From contig OZ024741.1 in assembly GCA_964016885.1 (NCBI GenBank), forward strand, positions 144,150,001 through 144,214,000: DNA of 64,000 nt. Reading direction: 5' to 3'. The position numbers were made by a program, and so were the translations under genes. Below the pieces are notes generated by a model. It was given only the letters and a program-made list of their open reading frames with translations, was not told the origin of the DNA and did no database searches. The stretch comes from Eledone cirrhosa (taxonomy: Eukaryota). Shown piece by piece: positions 23,046 to 36,084 of the stretch; position 1 is the stretch's first letter, and every line of letters starts with the position of its first letter.

Positions 23046-23073
<28 letters not shown>
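22781..23073 (+). mobile_element. SINE family S1 (internally deleted) with (TATG)n tail
   Basis: Homology to 3540-3890 and 39090-39448. Confidence 0.65.
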
Positions 23074-23074
<1 letters not shown>

Positions 23075-23077
<3 letters not shown>

Positions 23078-25377
23078 ATCACGTGTTAGGCGGAGTCTTT
23101 CTCAGATGAAAGATCAGTGGTGGAGTGAGAAGGCTGGTGAGATACAAACTGCGTCTGATTCCAATAACACAAAGCTGTTGTACTGTCTCTTGCGTGAGGT
23201 TTATGGACCGTCTTCTTCTCTGGTGACACCGCTTCGCAGCAAGGATGGCAAAGAACTTCTTCGTGACTCACAAGGAATTCTACGAAGGTGGCGAGAGCAC
23301 TTTGATGATCTTTTGAATCAGCCGTCTGTCGTCAGTGAAAATTTCCTCAATCTCATTCCAGAAAGTCCTGTGAAAATAGCTCTCGCAGAACCTCCGACGC
23401 TTGTGGAAGTTGCAGTGGCTATTTCGAAGCTGAACAGTGGAAAATCTCCAGGTATGGATGGCATACATGCTGAGCTCCTACAATATGGTGGTGAGAGACT
23501 CCTGCAACATCTTCACTCTTTGTTTGGCAGGATATGGGCTAATGAATCCGTACCTGAGGACTGGAGAGATTCAGTAATGATGGTCTTGTACAAGGGAAAG
23601 GGTAACAGGAACGATTGTGGGAACTACAGAGGTATATCATTGCTTTCTGTCGTAGGGAAAGTTTTATGTAGGGTGCTTCTGGACCGTCTGCTGACACACA
23701 TTGCAGATTATGTTCTTCCTGAAAGTCAATCTGGTTTTCGTGCTGGACGCGGCACTACTGATATGATCTTCTCAGCTAGACAGCTCCAGGAGAAGTGCAT
23801 GGAACAAGGCTTGGATCTGTATCATGTTTTTGTCGATCTGACAAAAGCTTTCGATACTGTTAACAGAGATGCATTATGGAAGGTTCTCCAGAAACTTGGT
23901 TGCCCTGATAAGTTCCTTGCTTTAGTTAGGTCTTTCCATGACGACATGAAGGCTTGGGTTAATGTCGGGGGTAGCATGTCGGAGCCTATCTCGGTAAAAA
24001 ATGGAGTGAAACAGGGGGATATTCCAGCACCGACCCTGTTTGCCATATACTTTGCAATGGTTTTCTGTATTGCATTCAGGAATTGCGAGCATGGTGTTTA
24101 CATCCGATATCGAACCTCAGGCAGCATATTTAACATCAGGCGCTTTGCTGCGAAGACAAAAGTATTTACATCAATCATAAGAGACCTCTTGTATGCAGAT
24201 GATTGCGATCTTGTAGTGCACACAGAGAGTGATATGCAGCACATTTTGAATGCATTTTCTGACGCTTGCACTGCCCTAGGATTGACTGTCAGTCTCAAGA
24301 AAACCGTCGTCATGTACCAACCTGCCACTGGTAAGCAGTACACTGAACCAAACATCTATGTGTATGGCAAACGACTTGGAGTGGCTGATCAGTTTGGATA
24401 CCTGGGAAGCACTGTCAATCGATACAGCAACCTTGACAGTGAAATCTCACTTAGGATTAGGAAAGCAAGTGATGCTTTCGGAAAGCTAGAAAGGCAACTC
24501 TGGGGTCGGCGAGACATATGCAGGAGGACAAAGGTAAAGGTGTACAGGGCATGTGTGCTCTCTTGTCTTCTTTATGCCTACGAGACCTGGGTCACATATC
24601 GACACCACCTTAAGCAATTGGAGCGTTTCCATCAGATGTGTCTCAGACGGATTCATGGCGTTCACTGGAGGGACCACATCAGTGATGTCGAGATTTTGGA
24701 AAGCTCTATGTGTGACAGTATAGAAGCTCTTGTGCTTAAGCAACGACTCCGTTGGAGTGGTCACCTTGCCAGGATGAAGGATTCTAGAATATCAAAACAG
24801 CTCTTTTATGGAGAGTTGGTTAAAGGAAAACGACCGCCACATAAACCAAAAAAGAGGTATAAGGATTCCTTGAAAGCATCTCTGAAAGACGCTAACATCT
24901 CTGCTGATACATGGGAGAATTGCTGCTGATCGTAATAAATGGAGAAAGACTGTATATGAGGGTAAAGTTGCCTTTGAGGCATCTCGAATAGCATACGAGA
25001 AAGTAAAGCGGGATGTGAGGAAGGGCATTGCTGTTGCACTTCCAGACGGCGTGGGTCCTCCTATGGTGCTGACATGCAGCGTATGTGCGAGACTCTGCCT
25101 AAGCAAAGCTGGACTCGAAAGTCATCTTCGCAGTCATAAAGTAAGACCAGTGGTTGACTACCAGGCTGCTGTTGGAGATGCTACTCATCATGCTTGCCAA
25201 ACATGTGGTAGAGAATGTAAATCAGCAGGAGGGCTCAAGCGACATGCAAAAGTACACGAACTCCAACCACAGCCGACTATTCCCAGTAAATGTTTTGGTT
25301 GCCGACTCTGTGCAAGACATTTTAGATCATTGGCTGGGCTAAAAAGCCACATTCGATCGCAGCGCTGTTAGTTGCTA

Positions 25378-25380
<3 letters not shown>
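23075..25380 (+). mobile_element. 5'-truncated RTE-clade (BovB-like) LINE: RT + three C-terminal C2H2 fingers, one frameshift near 24920
   Basis: KSPGMDGI, NYRGISLL, ESQSGFR, FVDLTKAFDTV, GVKQG, LLYADD, YLGS, RLRWSGH. The frame continues (AADRNKWR...) into CSVC..HLRSH, CQTC..HAKVH, CRLC..HIRSQ; stop 25371, then (TG)n. Confidence 0.93.
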
Positions 25381-25431
<51 letters not shown>

Positions 25432-25486
25432 AGATATGCTTATGTGTGTGCGTGTGTGTGTATATGTATATTATTATTGTTGTTTT

Positions 25487-27106
25487 CGTGTCAGCATATG
25501 CGGACGATGTCACCGTAGTGGTGTCGAACGCCAAACACATCGAGGCGATCGGCACTACACTAAGAGAATACGAAGCGGTGACAGGAGCAATGATCAACCA
25601 GGAAAAGTCAGTGGGCCTGCAGCTCGGCACCTGGAGAGGCAGGTCCATGCCGTCCAACAGCGTCGTCGGACGCTGGACGGACGGACCGGTTAAATTGCTA
25701 GGGGTCTGGTTCGGTCCGGACCTCCAGACGGACAAAAACTGGGACGAGGTGACGAGCAGGGTGGCTTCTCTCACCCAGAAATGGGCGGAGAGGAAGCTAT
25801 CCCTGATAGGTCGAGCGGAGGTGGCTAACGCGTACATCGCGTCTGTCATCTGCTACCGCCTGACCGTCGTACCTTGTCCTAAGCCTCGCCTGACTGCGCT
25901 GGAGCGTTTGCTCTTTCGCTTTTTGTGGAAGGGACGCGCTCCGATGGTCAGGCGGTCCATCTGTTGTCAACACCGGCTACGTGGAGGGCTGGGAATGCTG
26001 TGGCTGATGATGCGCAGGCACGCGCTCAGGCTACGACATCTCCACCTCTTCCTCGACGGTGATCAGGTGTGGTCGCCGTTTGCTAGACACGTATTTCCCC
26101 AGCTCGTTTCCTTGACGGAGCTGCAGTCCTGGGTCAAGCGAAGACCGAGAGGGAGTGCTTGGAGACTGGAATGTCTTCAGGCGCTCACAGCCCTCGACCA
26201 ATCGGGCAATGTGATCGGTGGAAACTCCACCTCGGCGTTCTATAGAGGATTAGTGGAGGGGAAGAGCGACGACGTACTTGGAGAAACTCTAGGCGTCGAC
26301 GAAAATCAACTAGCCAATCTCTTCGGAAGAACTTTCGGGCCAGGGCCTATGGACAACTTCCAGAAATCTCTGGCCTGGCAGTGCTACCGGGGAGCTTTGC
26401 CAGTTCGGGATAAACTCTACAGGCATGGAGGTGCCGTCAGCCGGGCATGTCCGAGATTCGCACAGGGCGACGAAACCGTTCTGCACGCACTCGCCCAGTG
26501 TCCGAGCATTGCTGACTTGTGGGTTTATGTCGAACACCTGCTGTCGCGTGTAGGACGGATCCGGCTATCAGCTGGGTCCATCGTGAGGAATGCCCCGCCC
26601 TCTTCCTTTAGCCTGGAAGGGCAGGCAGTTTTTATCTGTCTGGTGGCCATGGCGAAAGAGATAGTATGGTGGACACGTTTGAAAGGGCTGAAGACGAGCA
26701 CTTACCTCTTCAGTGATGCCCTGATTAACTTTTTCAAATTCCATTTGAAAAGGAAAATCAGGGTAGAGAGGGAAGTGCTCTCTTCCCAGCATTTTGTTGA
26801 AAGATGGGTGAGAGAAGCAAGTATGGCCCGAATGAATGGGCCTTCTCTCAGTATGTGTCTGTAAATTAAAGGTGGAAAACTGGGAGAGGGCACTTGCCCT
26901 GGTGGTCAGGGTCACTGTGGTCTTTTAATGGGCTTTCTTCATAAATGTCCCTCGGAAGTCTCCCCCCTATTGGGGAATTGTTCTTTGTTATTTTATTACA
27001 TCCTGTTTTTTTTTACACACAGAAATGCCCATTTGTACTGTCCTGTATTGTCCTGTACTGTCCTTAATGTCTACTTTATGTAAACCCTTGTGGTTAATAA
27101 AGAAAA

Positions 27107-27152
<46 letters not shown>
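25487..27152 (+). mobile_element. Tx1-like family A copy 2 (5'-truncated at SAYADD; open to stop 26864) with (ATT)15
   Basis: Close homology to copies 1 and 3; preceded by tattattatt, followed by (ATT)15 at 27108-27152. Confidence 0.94.
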
Positions 27153-30100
27153 GGCGACATACGTAGGAAATCGTATTATCGTGAGCTACACAAAGGTTTG
27201 TTGTTTTCCTTTGTTTCAAATTGCCAGTTATGGAAAATTTTTGTTGTTAAGTGTTTATAAGTTCACCTATATTGCTTTCTGAAAAGGACACTCAATAATA
27301 TTGGGGCCTCGAGCCCAAAATTTAAACTTTTATTTATCAAACAAAATATTTCTTTGAAAAAAAAACATGGACGACAAATCTCCTGTTTCTAGCAGACTGG
27401 CATCCACCCACCACCACCCCCATTGTGAGCCTTGCCACGGTTGCCAACACTGAAAATGTAATTAACGGCAGTCTCAATTATTTGAATTTGCCGGATACAG
27501 ACGTGGATTTCCCGCCATTACCAATAGGTGCAGGTGTTAAAGCCGCCACCCACACCACCACAATGTCAAAATGAACAACCAACACCACTGATACCACCAC
27601 CACCACAGCGACAACAGAAACAAAAAATAAATTATTATCTCGTGACATCGAAATAGATTCAGCCAGAATCGATTCTTCCACGCCGAACACCACTGACACC
27701 ACCACCACCACAACTGAAACTAAAAATAACTGTTTCTACTTTTGGCACAAGACCAGCAATTATCCAGTGCATTACTGGTATTTTATTTTATCGACCCCCT
27801 AAGGATGAATGGCAAAGTTAACCTCGGCGGGATTTGAACTCATAATGGCAAGGGCCGTAACTCTATGCGTCAAAGCATGGCATCTGACCCTCTACCGATA
27901 CTGCCAATCCACTGAAACTAAAAATAACAATAACAAAAAAAATAACAATAACAACAACAGCAACAACAACAACAATGAGAATAACAACAACAAAATCAAC
28001 ACCAGCGCAAAACAAAATGTGTCGTTTTGCCAAAGCAGCCAAGAAAAGCGAAACAATCGAAGTAAGCCAGGAGGAATTGAATGAAGCCAAGCGAATGGTA
28101 AAAAAAAAGATGGGTACAGGGTCAGCCTCACCCCCCATCTAATAAAATGGAGCATCGGCGCTTATGCACCGTGTCATATCGGACGATAAACAAAATCACG
28201 CCGAGTGGAACGGGCATCCGAGTCCCAGATTCAAAAAGCTTTGGGACATGTGTGGGCGAAAAAACCCCACATCAGACATGGGCAGAAATATGGAACCGTG
28301 GACGTGTTCTTTGGAACCCCACAAGAAGCCAGAGAGCACTCCATGGCCCCATTAAGAAGTGACGAGTTCACACTCGTCCCAGGCTATTGTGGTCAGAGAC
28401 TCGTGAAGATCAGGGTGACCCACGTTCCACCGGTCATCAAAATTCCCTGGCTAATAGCTGCTGTCCTCGCCGACATCGAGGCCAACACTAAAATAATTGA
28501 AGTAACAAAAGAAAAGCAGGAGAACTGGTCCGGATCTGGGATGGAGCTCCTGATACAAGCGGAGGAAATTCCAAAAAACATTGAGGAAAATCAATGACGG
28601 CAGCCACCTCACCGTAATCGTTGAGGGTAGAAGGCCTAGGTGTGTCGTTTGTGGCGAAGGAACCCACCTAAAGGCTTTCTGCCCTCAGGTTAAAAAGTTG
28701 AGGCCACCTCTCCTACCCACCCCAGTGACTCAACCATCAAAACCAGCAGCAGAAGTGGCAGCAACAACTGTAGCAGCAACAACCCCAGCAACTGTAGCAG
28801 CAACAGTAGCAAAACCAACACCACCCCCACCCATCGCGCCAGAATTAGCACCAGCGCCTCCACCATCCACCACGCCACAACCAATACCAACGCCTGTGGA
28901 GGATTTTCCACTCCTTGATCTATCGCAACTGGAGACAGATTGTGAAGACGACGAGGAGTGGAAACCAGTATCAGGAAAAAGAAAAAAAAGAACCCCCAAA
29001 AGAAAAGATTCCCTTCCTTCGCCCTCCAAAAACAAAATGCAGGGTGAAGCAAATAAGCAAACAAACAAAAAAGTTAAGACAGCTATGCCACGACCCACAC
29101 CAGCATCACCAGCCCCATCACCACAAACATCACCATTATTAACCATTATTAACTCCAACACCACTATCACCAACAAGCGAAACAGAAACAAACCCACAAC
29201 AAACGCAAACAAAACAAAGCAATCAAAACGATACACATTACACAGCATTAAATTTGAACAACAACCAATTATTACACTACATCCAACACAACACCAGCAT
29301 CACAGACAAAGACTACACAGCACCCCCAAAATTTACAACACCTCCACACATACAAATTACTCGCATCACACAGAAAACGTACACGACACTAAAATTAAAA
29401 TTCCCCAAGGACATCGGAGACTTCCGACAAACACTCTCCAGGAGGATTTATAAGGACATCCTTCCAGAGGAGGCCACAAGCAGTGAGACGGATGGAAAAA
29501 CCATTCTTCCTCCACAAGAAGTGAGGTAAGTGGTCTTTCCCATCTTTTTCCACTCCTTTTCAACATGACCTCACTCAGAATAGGAAGCATAAATGCGCGT
29601 GGCCTGGGGTCATCATGGAAGCAGGACCACCTGCTCAACGACCTCAGGTCACTAAACATAGATGTGGTGGCCATCAGCGAGACCAGAATCTCCGAAGCAC
29701 GAGCCTTCGCACCGATCTTCGGCGGCTACGATGTGTACGCATCCCCCAACCGTCCTGGATCGGGGGGAGAGTTGCTGTGCTTTTTCGGAGAGGTTTGGAT
29801 CTCGCCATACGGGTTATCTTCCTGGACCCAGAAGGTAAGATGGTGGTGCTGGACGTGACCAACGGAGACGGGCAAGCTTTCAGGCTAGTGGCCGTCTATG
29901 CCACGACAGGAGCAGGGCGGCCTGATTTCTTCCGGCGTCTGTAGACCTTTCTTGGAACGTCCCGCTCTTTAGTGCTAGTGGATGACTGGAACGGGATCTT
30001 AGATGCAAGCTGGGTTTGTGTGGGATTAGTGGATAGAGGAGGAGGGTGTAAAAGCCTCGCAAATCTGCTCAGACGGTTTCAACTGTCTGACAGGTACTGG

Positions 30101-33100
30101 ATTTTCCGAATGTGCCAATGTGGACATGGACAAACCGCATCGGGTCATCCAGATCATATCTAGATAGGGTATTTTCTAGGGAAATAGATAGGTCTAGCAT
30201 AGGCTGTCTACATTTCAAAATAGTCGACTACACGGACCACAAATTCGTGATCTGTGAGGTTGAAATAGATAGGCTTCATAGACAGGGACCCGACTACTGG
30301 AAGCTAAACGCGTCTTAACAGCGCGCAAGGCCTACAGAGACCGGATTAGCGAACTAGATAAGCGGGCGTTGACAGGGGCTATCGTCAACAACAAATGGTG
30401 GTTTTCTCTGAAAAGAGAAGAGTGATTAGAATAGAGTCCATGAGGTTTAGTAAGGCTTTAGCAATAGAGAAAAATAGAGCAGAGGGAGAACTAGTTAGAA
30501 ATTTAGACGAGGCGCTTAGTAAAGGCACCGCGACCGACGTACTTGCAGCGAAATTGACTCTTGACCAATTCTTCAATGCAAAGCACGAAGGCTGCGTTGT
30601 CAGAGCTAGGGTGCGTGCTTTCAGACACGAGGTGGACGAAAGCTGTTCAATGGGCCCGAGTGGCGGAGGCGCGTCGTGGCAACCCAGCCACGATCCGGTC
30701 TTTGGTGGACCACGACGGGCGCATACTACTCGATCCCGGGCAAATGTGTGAAGCTTTTCAGCGACACTTCGTTCAGCTGTTCGGAGGCAGCGGCGGGCCG
30801 GATTGAGGGATGGACTTTAGTGCCTACCTCGACGGACTGCCGCGGCTTTCGGCCACTGAGGCGGAGTGTTGCGAAAAGCCGATAACAGCCGCTGAAGTAC
30901 GGGAGGCAATGACTGGCTGCACAAGGGGTAAATCGCCTGGTTTGGATGGTCTGCCCTATGAACTTTACCTACAGATGCTAGACTTGTTCGGAGGCCTATT
31001 GGCGGACGTCTACTGCAACAGAACGGGAGAATTCCCAGCTCTGTGAGCCGAGGAGCTGTGGCGCTGCTGAGAAAGGATCCGGATAAGGGGGATAACATTG
31101 ATAATTTCAGGCCCATAACTCTGCTAAACACAGAGTTCAAGATTTTGGCCAAGGTGCTAGCAAAGAGGTTGACGATTGTCATTGGTGGTCTGGTGGGAGA
31201 GGCGCAGACAAGCGCCATTCCAGACAGATCCATCCACGACAACCTCCACCTCATGCGATACATCGTGGAGAGGGTAGCTAGGGAACCTGGCACGAGTGGG
31301 TTCTTGATCCATTTAGATCAGTCGAAAGCCTTCGAAAGGGTCAACCATCGTTATCTGGCGGCAGTCCTGAGGGCGGCTGGCTTTGGGCCCGTCTTCAGAG
31401 GAACCGTTCAACATCATGCGTTCGGTCCGCCAAGAATGTTTCCTCTCTTCCTTCTTGTACGTATTGACTCTCGAGCCATTATTGCACAAACTGGAGACGT
31501 TGAGGGGGGGGGGTCCTGCGCGAACTAGGATGCGGAACATCCGTGTCGTCATATGCGGACGATGTTACCGTAGTGGTGTCGAACGCCAAACACATTGAGG
31601 CGATCGGCACTACACTAAGAGAATACGAAGCGGTGACAAGAGCAATGATCAACCAGGAAAAGTCAGTGGGCCTGCAGCTCGGCACTTGGAGAGGCAGGTC
31701 CATGCCGCCCAACAGCATTTGTCGGGCGCTGGATGGACGGACCGGTTAAATTGCTAGGGATCTGGTTCGGTCCGGACCTCCAGACGGACAAAAACTGGGA
31801 CGGGGTGACGAGCAGGGTGGCTTCTCTCACTCAGAAATGGGCAGAGACGAAGCTATCCCTAAAAGGTCGAGCGGAGGTGGCGAATGCGTACATCGCGTCC
31901 GTCATCTACTACCGCCTGACCGTCGTGCCTTGTCGTCCTAAGCCTCGCCTGACTGCGCTGAAGCTTTTGTTCTTTCGCTTTTTGTGGAAGGGACGCGATG
32001 ATCAGGCGGTCCATTTGCTGTCAAGACCCGCTACGTGGAGGGCTGGGAATGCCGTGGCTGATGATGCGCAGACACTCGCTCAGGCTACGACATCCCCACC
32101 TCTTTCTCGACGGTGATCAGGTGTGGTCGCCGTTTGCTAGACGCTTCTTTCCCCAGCTCGTCTTGGAGACTGGAATGTCTTCAGGCGCTCACAGCCCTCG
32201 ACCAGTCGGGCAATGTGATCGGTGGAAACTCCACCTTGGCGTTCTATAGAGGATTAGTGGAGGGGAAGAGCGACGACGTACTTGGGGAAACTCTAGGCGT
32301 CGACGAAAATCAACTAGCCAATCTCTTCGGAAGAACTTTCGGGCCGGGGCCTATGGACAACTTCCAGAAATCCCTGGCCTGGCAGTGCTACCGAGGAGCT
32401 TTGCCAGTTCGGGATAAACTCTACAGTCATGGAAGTGCCGTCAGCCGGGCATGTCCGAGATGCGCACAGGGCGACGAAACCATCCTGCACGCGCTCGTCC
32501 AGTGTCCGAGCATTGCTGACTTGTGGGTTTACGTCGAACATCTGCTGTCGCGTGTAGGACGAATCCGGCTATCAGCTGAGTCCATCGTGAGGATTGCCCC
32601 ACCCTCTTCCTTTAGCTGGGAAGGGCAGGCAGTTTTTATCTGTCTGGTGGCCATGGCGAAAGAGATAGTATGGTGGACGCGTTTGAAAGTGCTGAAGACG
32701 AGCACTTACCTCTTCGGTGATGCCCTGATTAACTTTTTCAAATTTTATTTGAAAAGGAAAATCATGGTAGAGAAGGAAGTGCTCTCTTCCCAGCATTTTG
32801 TTGAAAGATGGGTGAGAGAGGCAAGAATGGCATACTCTGAATATGTGCCTGTAAATTGAAGGTGGAAAACTGGGAGAGGGCACTTGCCCTGGTGGTCAGG
32901 GTCACCGTAGCTTTCTCCACGATGGCCCTCGGAAGTCTCCCCCTCTATTGGGGAATTTTTCATTGTTCCTTTTTTGTTACATCCTCTGTTTTTTTTTTTT
33001 TTACACGCAGAACTGCCCATTTGTACCGTCCTATATTGTCCTGAATTGTCGTGTACTGTCCTTAATGTCTTACTTTGTGTAAACCCCTGTGGTTAATAAA

Positions 33101-33120
33101 GAAAGCATTATTATTATTAT
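27153..33120 (+). mobile_element. Tx1-like family A copy 3: full-length but decayed (ORF1 ~27367-29529, ORF2 29565-~32855)
   Basis: ORF1 pieces with CVVCGEGTHLKAFC knuckle; ORF2 starts MTSLRIGSINARG; many frameshifts; AATAAA then (ATT)n 33107-33120. Confidence 0.93.
27731..27910 (-). mobile_element. SINE S3 inserted in family A ORF1 with an 18-bp TSD
   Basis: actgaaactaaaaataac at 27713-27730 and 27911-27928. Confidence 0.85.
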
Positions 33121-33353
33121 CATTGTCGTTATTGTTGTTATGTTTTTTTCGTGCAATGGCCATAGTCGATAACGAGGGGGCAACCGTCATGTATTATTGC
33201 AAGGCTTTACCCCACTTAAAAACCTTCAAAGCACAGACATTGCTTGTTCAGGATATGTTACAGGTTTTTGTGACAGGCTGTAGACTAAGAGTGCACCAAA
33301 CTCTATAATCCTCCAAGTAATTGCAGTACGCTTAGCAGAGTTTGCAGCCATCA

Positions 33354-33570
33354 TGTATGTATGTATGTATGTATGTATGTATGTATGTATGTATGTATGT
33401 ATGTATGTATGTATGTATGTATGTACGTACGTACGTATGTATGTACGTACGTACGTATGTATGTATGTATGTATGTATGTATGTATGTATGTATGTATGT
33501 ATGTATGTATGTATGTATGTATGTATGTATGTATGTATGTACGTACGTATGTATTTATGTATGTATGTAC
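33354..33570. repeat. (TATG)n microsatellite
   Basis: Direct inspection. Confidence 0.95.
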
Positions 33571-34459
33571 ATGAATAGCTAACTATACATATAATACAGT
33601 AAATACGCGTCTATAAATACATGTTGAAGTATAAAAGCATATGTTTACATACACGTGCTTATGTATCTGTGTGTGTGTGTGTGTGTATGTGTGTGTAGTG
33701 TGTGTGTGTGTGTTTCATTGTCAGTGAATCTGTGTGTATGCGTGTGAGTGTGGTAGTGTAACGAAACGTAATTAACTGCAGATGTCAGGTAATCTAATCC
33801 ACTGAGGATTATTAGTGTTGAATTCAGCTTTTGGATTTACTGAGACAGGTTGCATTTCATTTCATAGATGTCGTCTTTAGAAGACAATAATCCAACCAAA
33901 CTGCGGTAATTGTTGGTAACTCTCAAAAAGGGGGATATAACTTCAAGAAAGAATTAATCTCTTAAAATTTATTTACATCAATAGTTTCAGAGACCTAGGT
34001 CAGTCCCTTCCATTGCAACCGCAGGTATTCCCAGTGGTTTTCAGAGACCCAGCTCACGTTGATACCCTTGCAATCTCACGTTATTTTAGTTCATACCTCA
34101 TTTTGAATTTTTGTCTAGTAAAGTTTTTGTCATTATACTTTTATAGTGTTAATTATAGAAAGAATTTATTAAAGCAAGTAACTTTATTAAGTTGTTTGTG
34201 ATCTGATAATACTTGAACCTTTTTTTATTTGACATACACATATTTGGTATACACATCATTACTACATCATAACCCTTTTCTAATGGCTGTTTTACAGCAA
34301 AGATTCCCCATTTCTATTGAAAGTTGATAATATCTGTTGGCCACAACTCCTGGCAGAAGGAGACAGGATTTGGACTCAAAACACACAGAACCGAGTCAAA
34401 TCTCACGCAAAGTATCCTGTTCAACTCTTTAATAATTATACCAATTCACTTTTCTTGAA

Positions 34460-34603
34460 CTGGACTGGTACTTTATTTGTTGACTCCGAAAGGATGAAAT
34501 GCAAAGCTGACCTTGGCGGGACTTGAACTCCGTCGCTGCAGTGAACTAGAATAAACATTAAAGAGTTTAATCCAACGTTCTAACGACTCTCCAGCAAAGG
34601 CAC
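34460..34603 (-). mobile_element. SINE family S3
   Basis: tggtactttattt..gaaaggatgaaa.gcaaag.tgacct.ggcgg motif. Confidence 0.65.
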
Positions 34604-34862
34604 CCTTAATTCTACCAACCACCATCAATTTATTTTGCGTCACGGTGCGTTTGTCCACTAATTTCTCCCACTAGACAGTTGTATGATATAATACTTTAAA
34701 AAAAAAAGTGGTATTAGATTGCTTTCAGCTTTCAGATAATTATAGGAATCCATCTCACATGTTTCTAATAATCACAGAAATAGTCTCAGACAATTAACTT
34801 TCGCTCCATGGCATCGTCATACCACCCTACTCACTAAATCCTTCATACAATTTTGTGGATAT

Positions 34863-34931
<69 letters not shown>

Positions 34932-35118
34932 CACATACGCAATCACATTACAGATAGATGCACATATACATATAAATTGGACATTAAGAGGACTATTTGC
35001 ATCGATACAATCTTTACAGCAATGATATTATCTTTCTATAAAAAAATTATATATATATATATATACATATATACATATATATAAATATATATATATATAC
35101 ACACACACACACGCACAT

Positions 35119-35198
<80 letters not shown>

Positions 35199-35879
35199 GA
35201 ATAGAGTGAGAGAGTTAGAAAATGAAAGAGAGGGAAGAGCATAGTGATCTGTGGAGATTATGTTCGTTATTCTATGTACAAAGCCACGATGGCATGCAGA
35301 TTCATTCCTATTTACACCCGTTTTCAGCAAGATACGTAGACAGATCAGATACATAGATTTTAATTATCCGGGAAGCAAGCTTAAAACTCCACAAGAAAAG
35401 CTATAATGTAAAAAGTAAATAAATGATAAAAATAAATAAATATAAGTATATAAAACAAAAAATCAAAAGCAATATAATTAATGAATTTATAATTCAGTAG
35501 TTTTTGCCTTTTCTAAAAGCGGTTCTGTACAGTGTATTGTCGTAAGCTAATTCGAGTTTATAAAGGATTTTCCTTTCCGATATAATTTTATTTTATTTTT
35601 AGATTTTCGTTTGTCTTCTATAAGTTCTTTCGTTTGATGTTTTAAATAATTTTTCCTCCATGAAATTACAAATCACATCAGCAATGTATTTCAACAAAAC
35701 ATTCTCGAATGTTAATATAATTTGGAGAACTGTATGTCAGATAAAACGTCCTTTTCGTACCCTCTTCAAATGCATCGTTTTTTTTCTTTTGGGTCATTCA
35801 TATTAATCATTTATTTGAATGCATTATACACCAATCACTCGACTGCATAATAATTCTTTTATCATTGGCACATGCTCAG

Positions 35880-36064
35880 CAATTTGTGGGAAAGAGAAAG
35901 TCGATTATATCAGCCTCAATACTTAATTGGTACTTTATTTCATCGATCTCAGGAGGATGAAAGGCAAAGTTGACAGCGGCGGGATTTGAACTCAGAACGT
36001 AAAGAGCCAGAACAAATACTGCAAACAATTTGTGTGACACTCTAACGGTTCTACTCATCCGCCA
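35880..36064 (-). mobile_element. SINE family S3
   Basis: Same motif set. Confidence 0.7.
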
Positions 36065-36084
36065 ATAATAATAAGCCAACAAAT

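Noticed and set aside
22914-23074. N-terminus of the 671-aa ORF
   Set aside because: It is read-through from a SINE and (TATG)n (MYVCMYV); RTE coding sequence starts at ~23075 and lacks the endonuclease.
25446-25486. Start of the 472-aa ORF
   Set aside because: Microsatellite-derived start fused to a 5'-truncated LINE.
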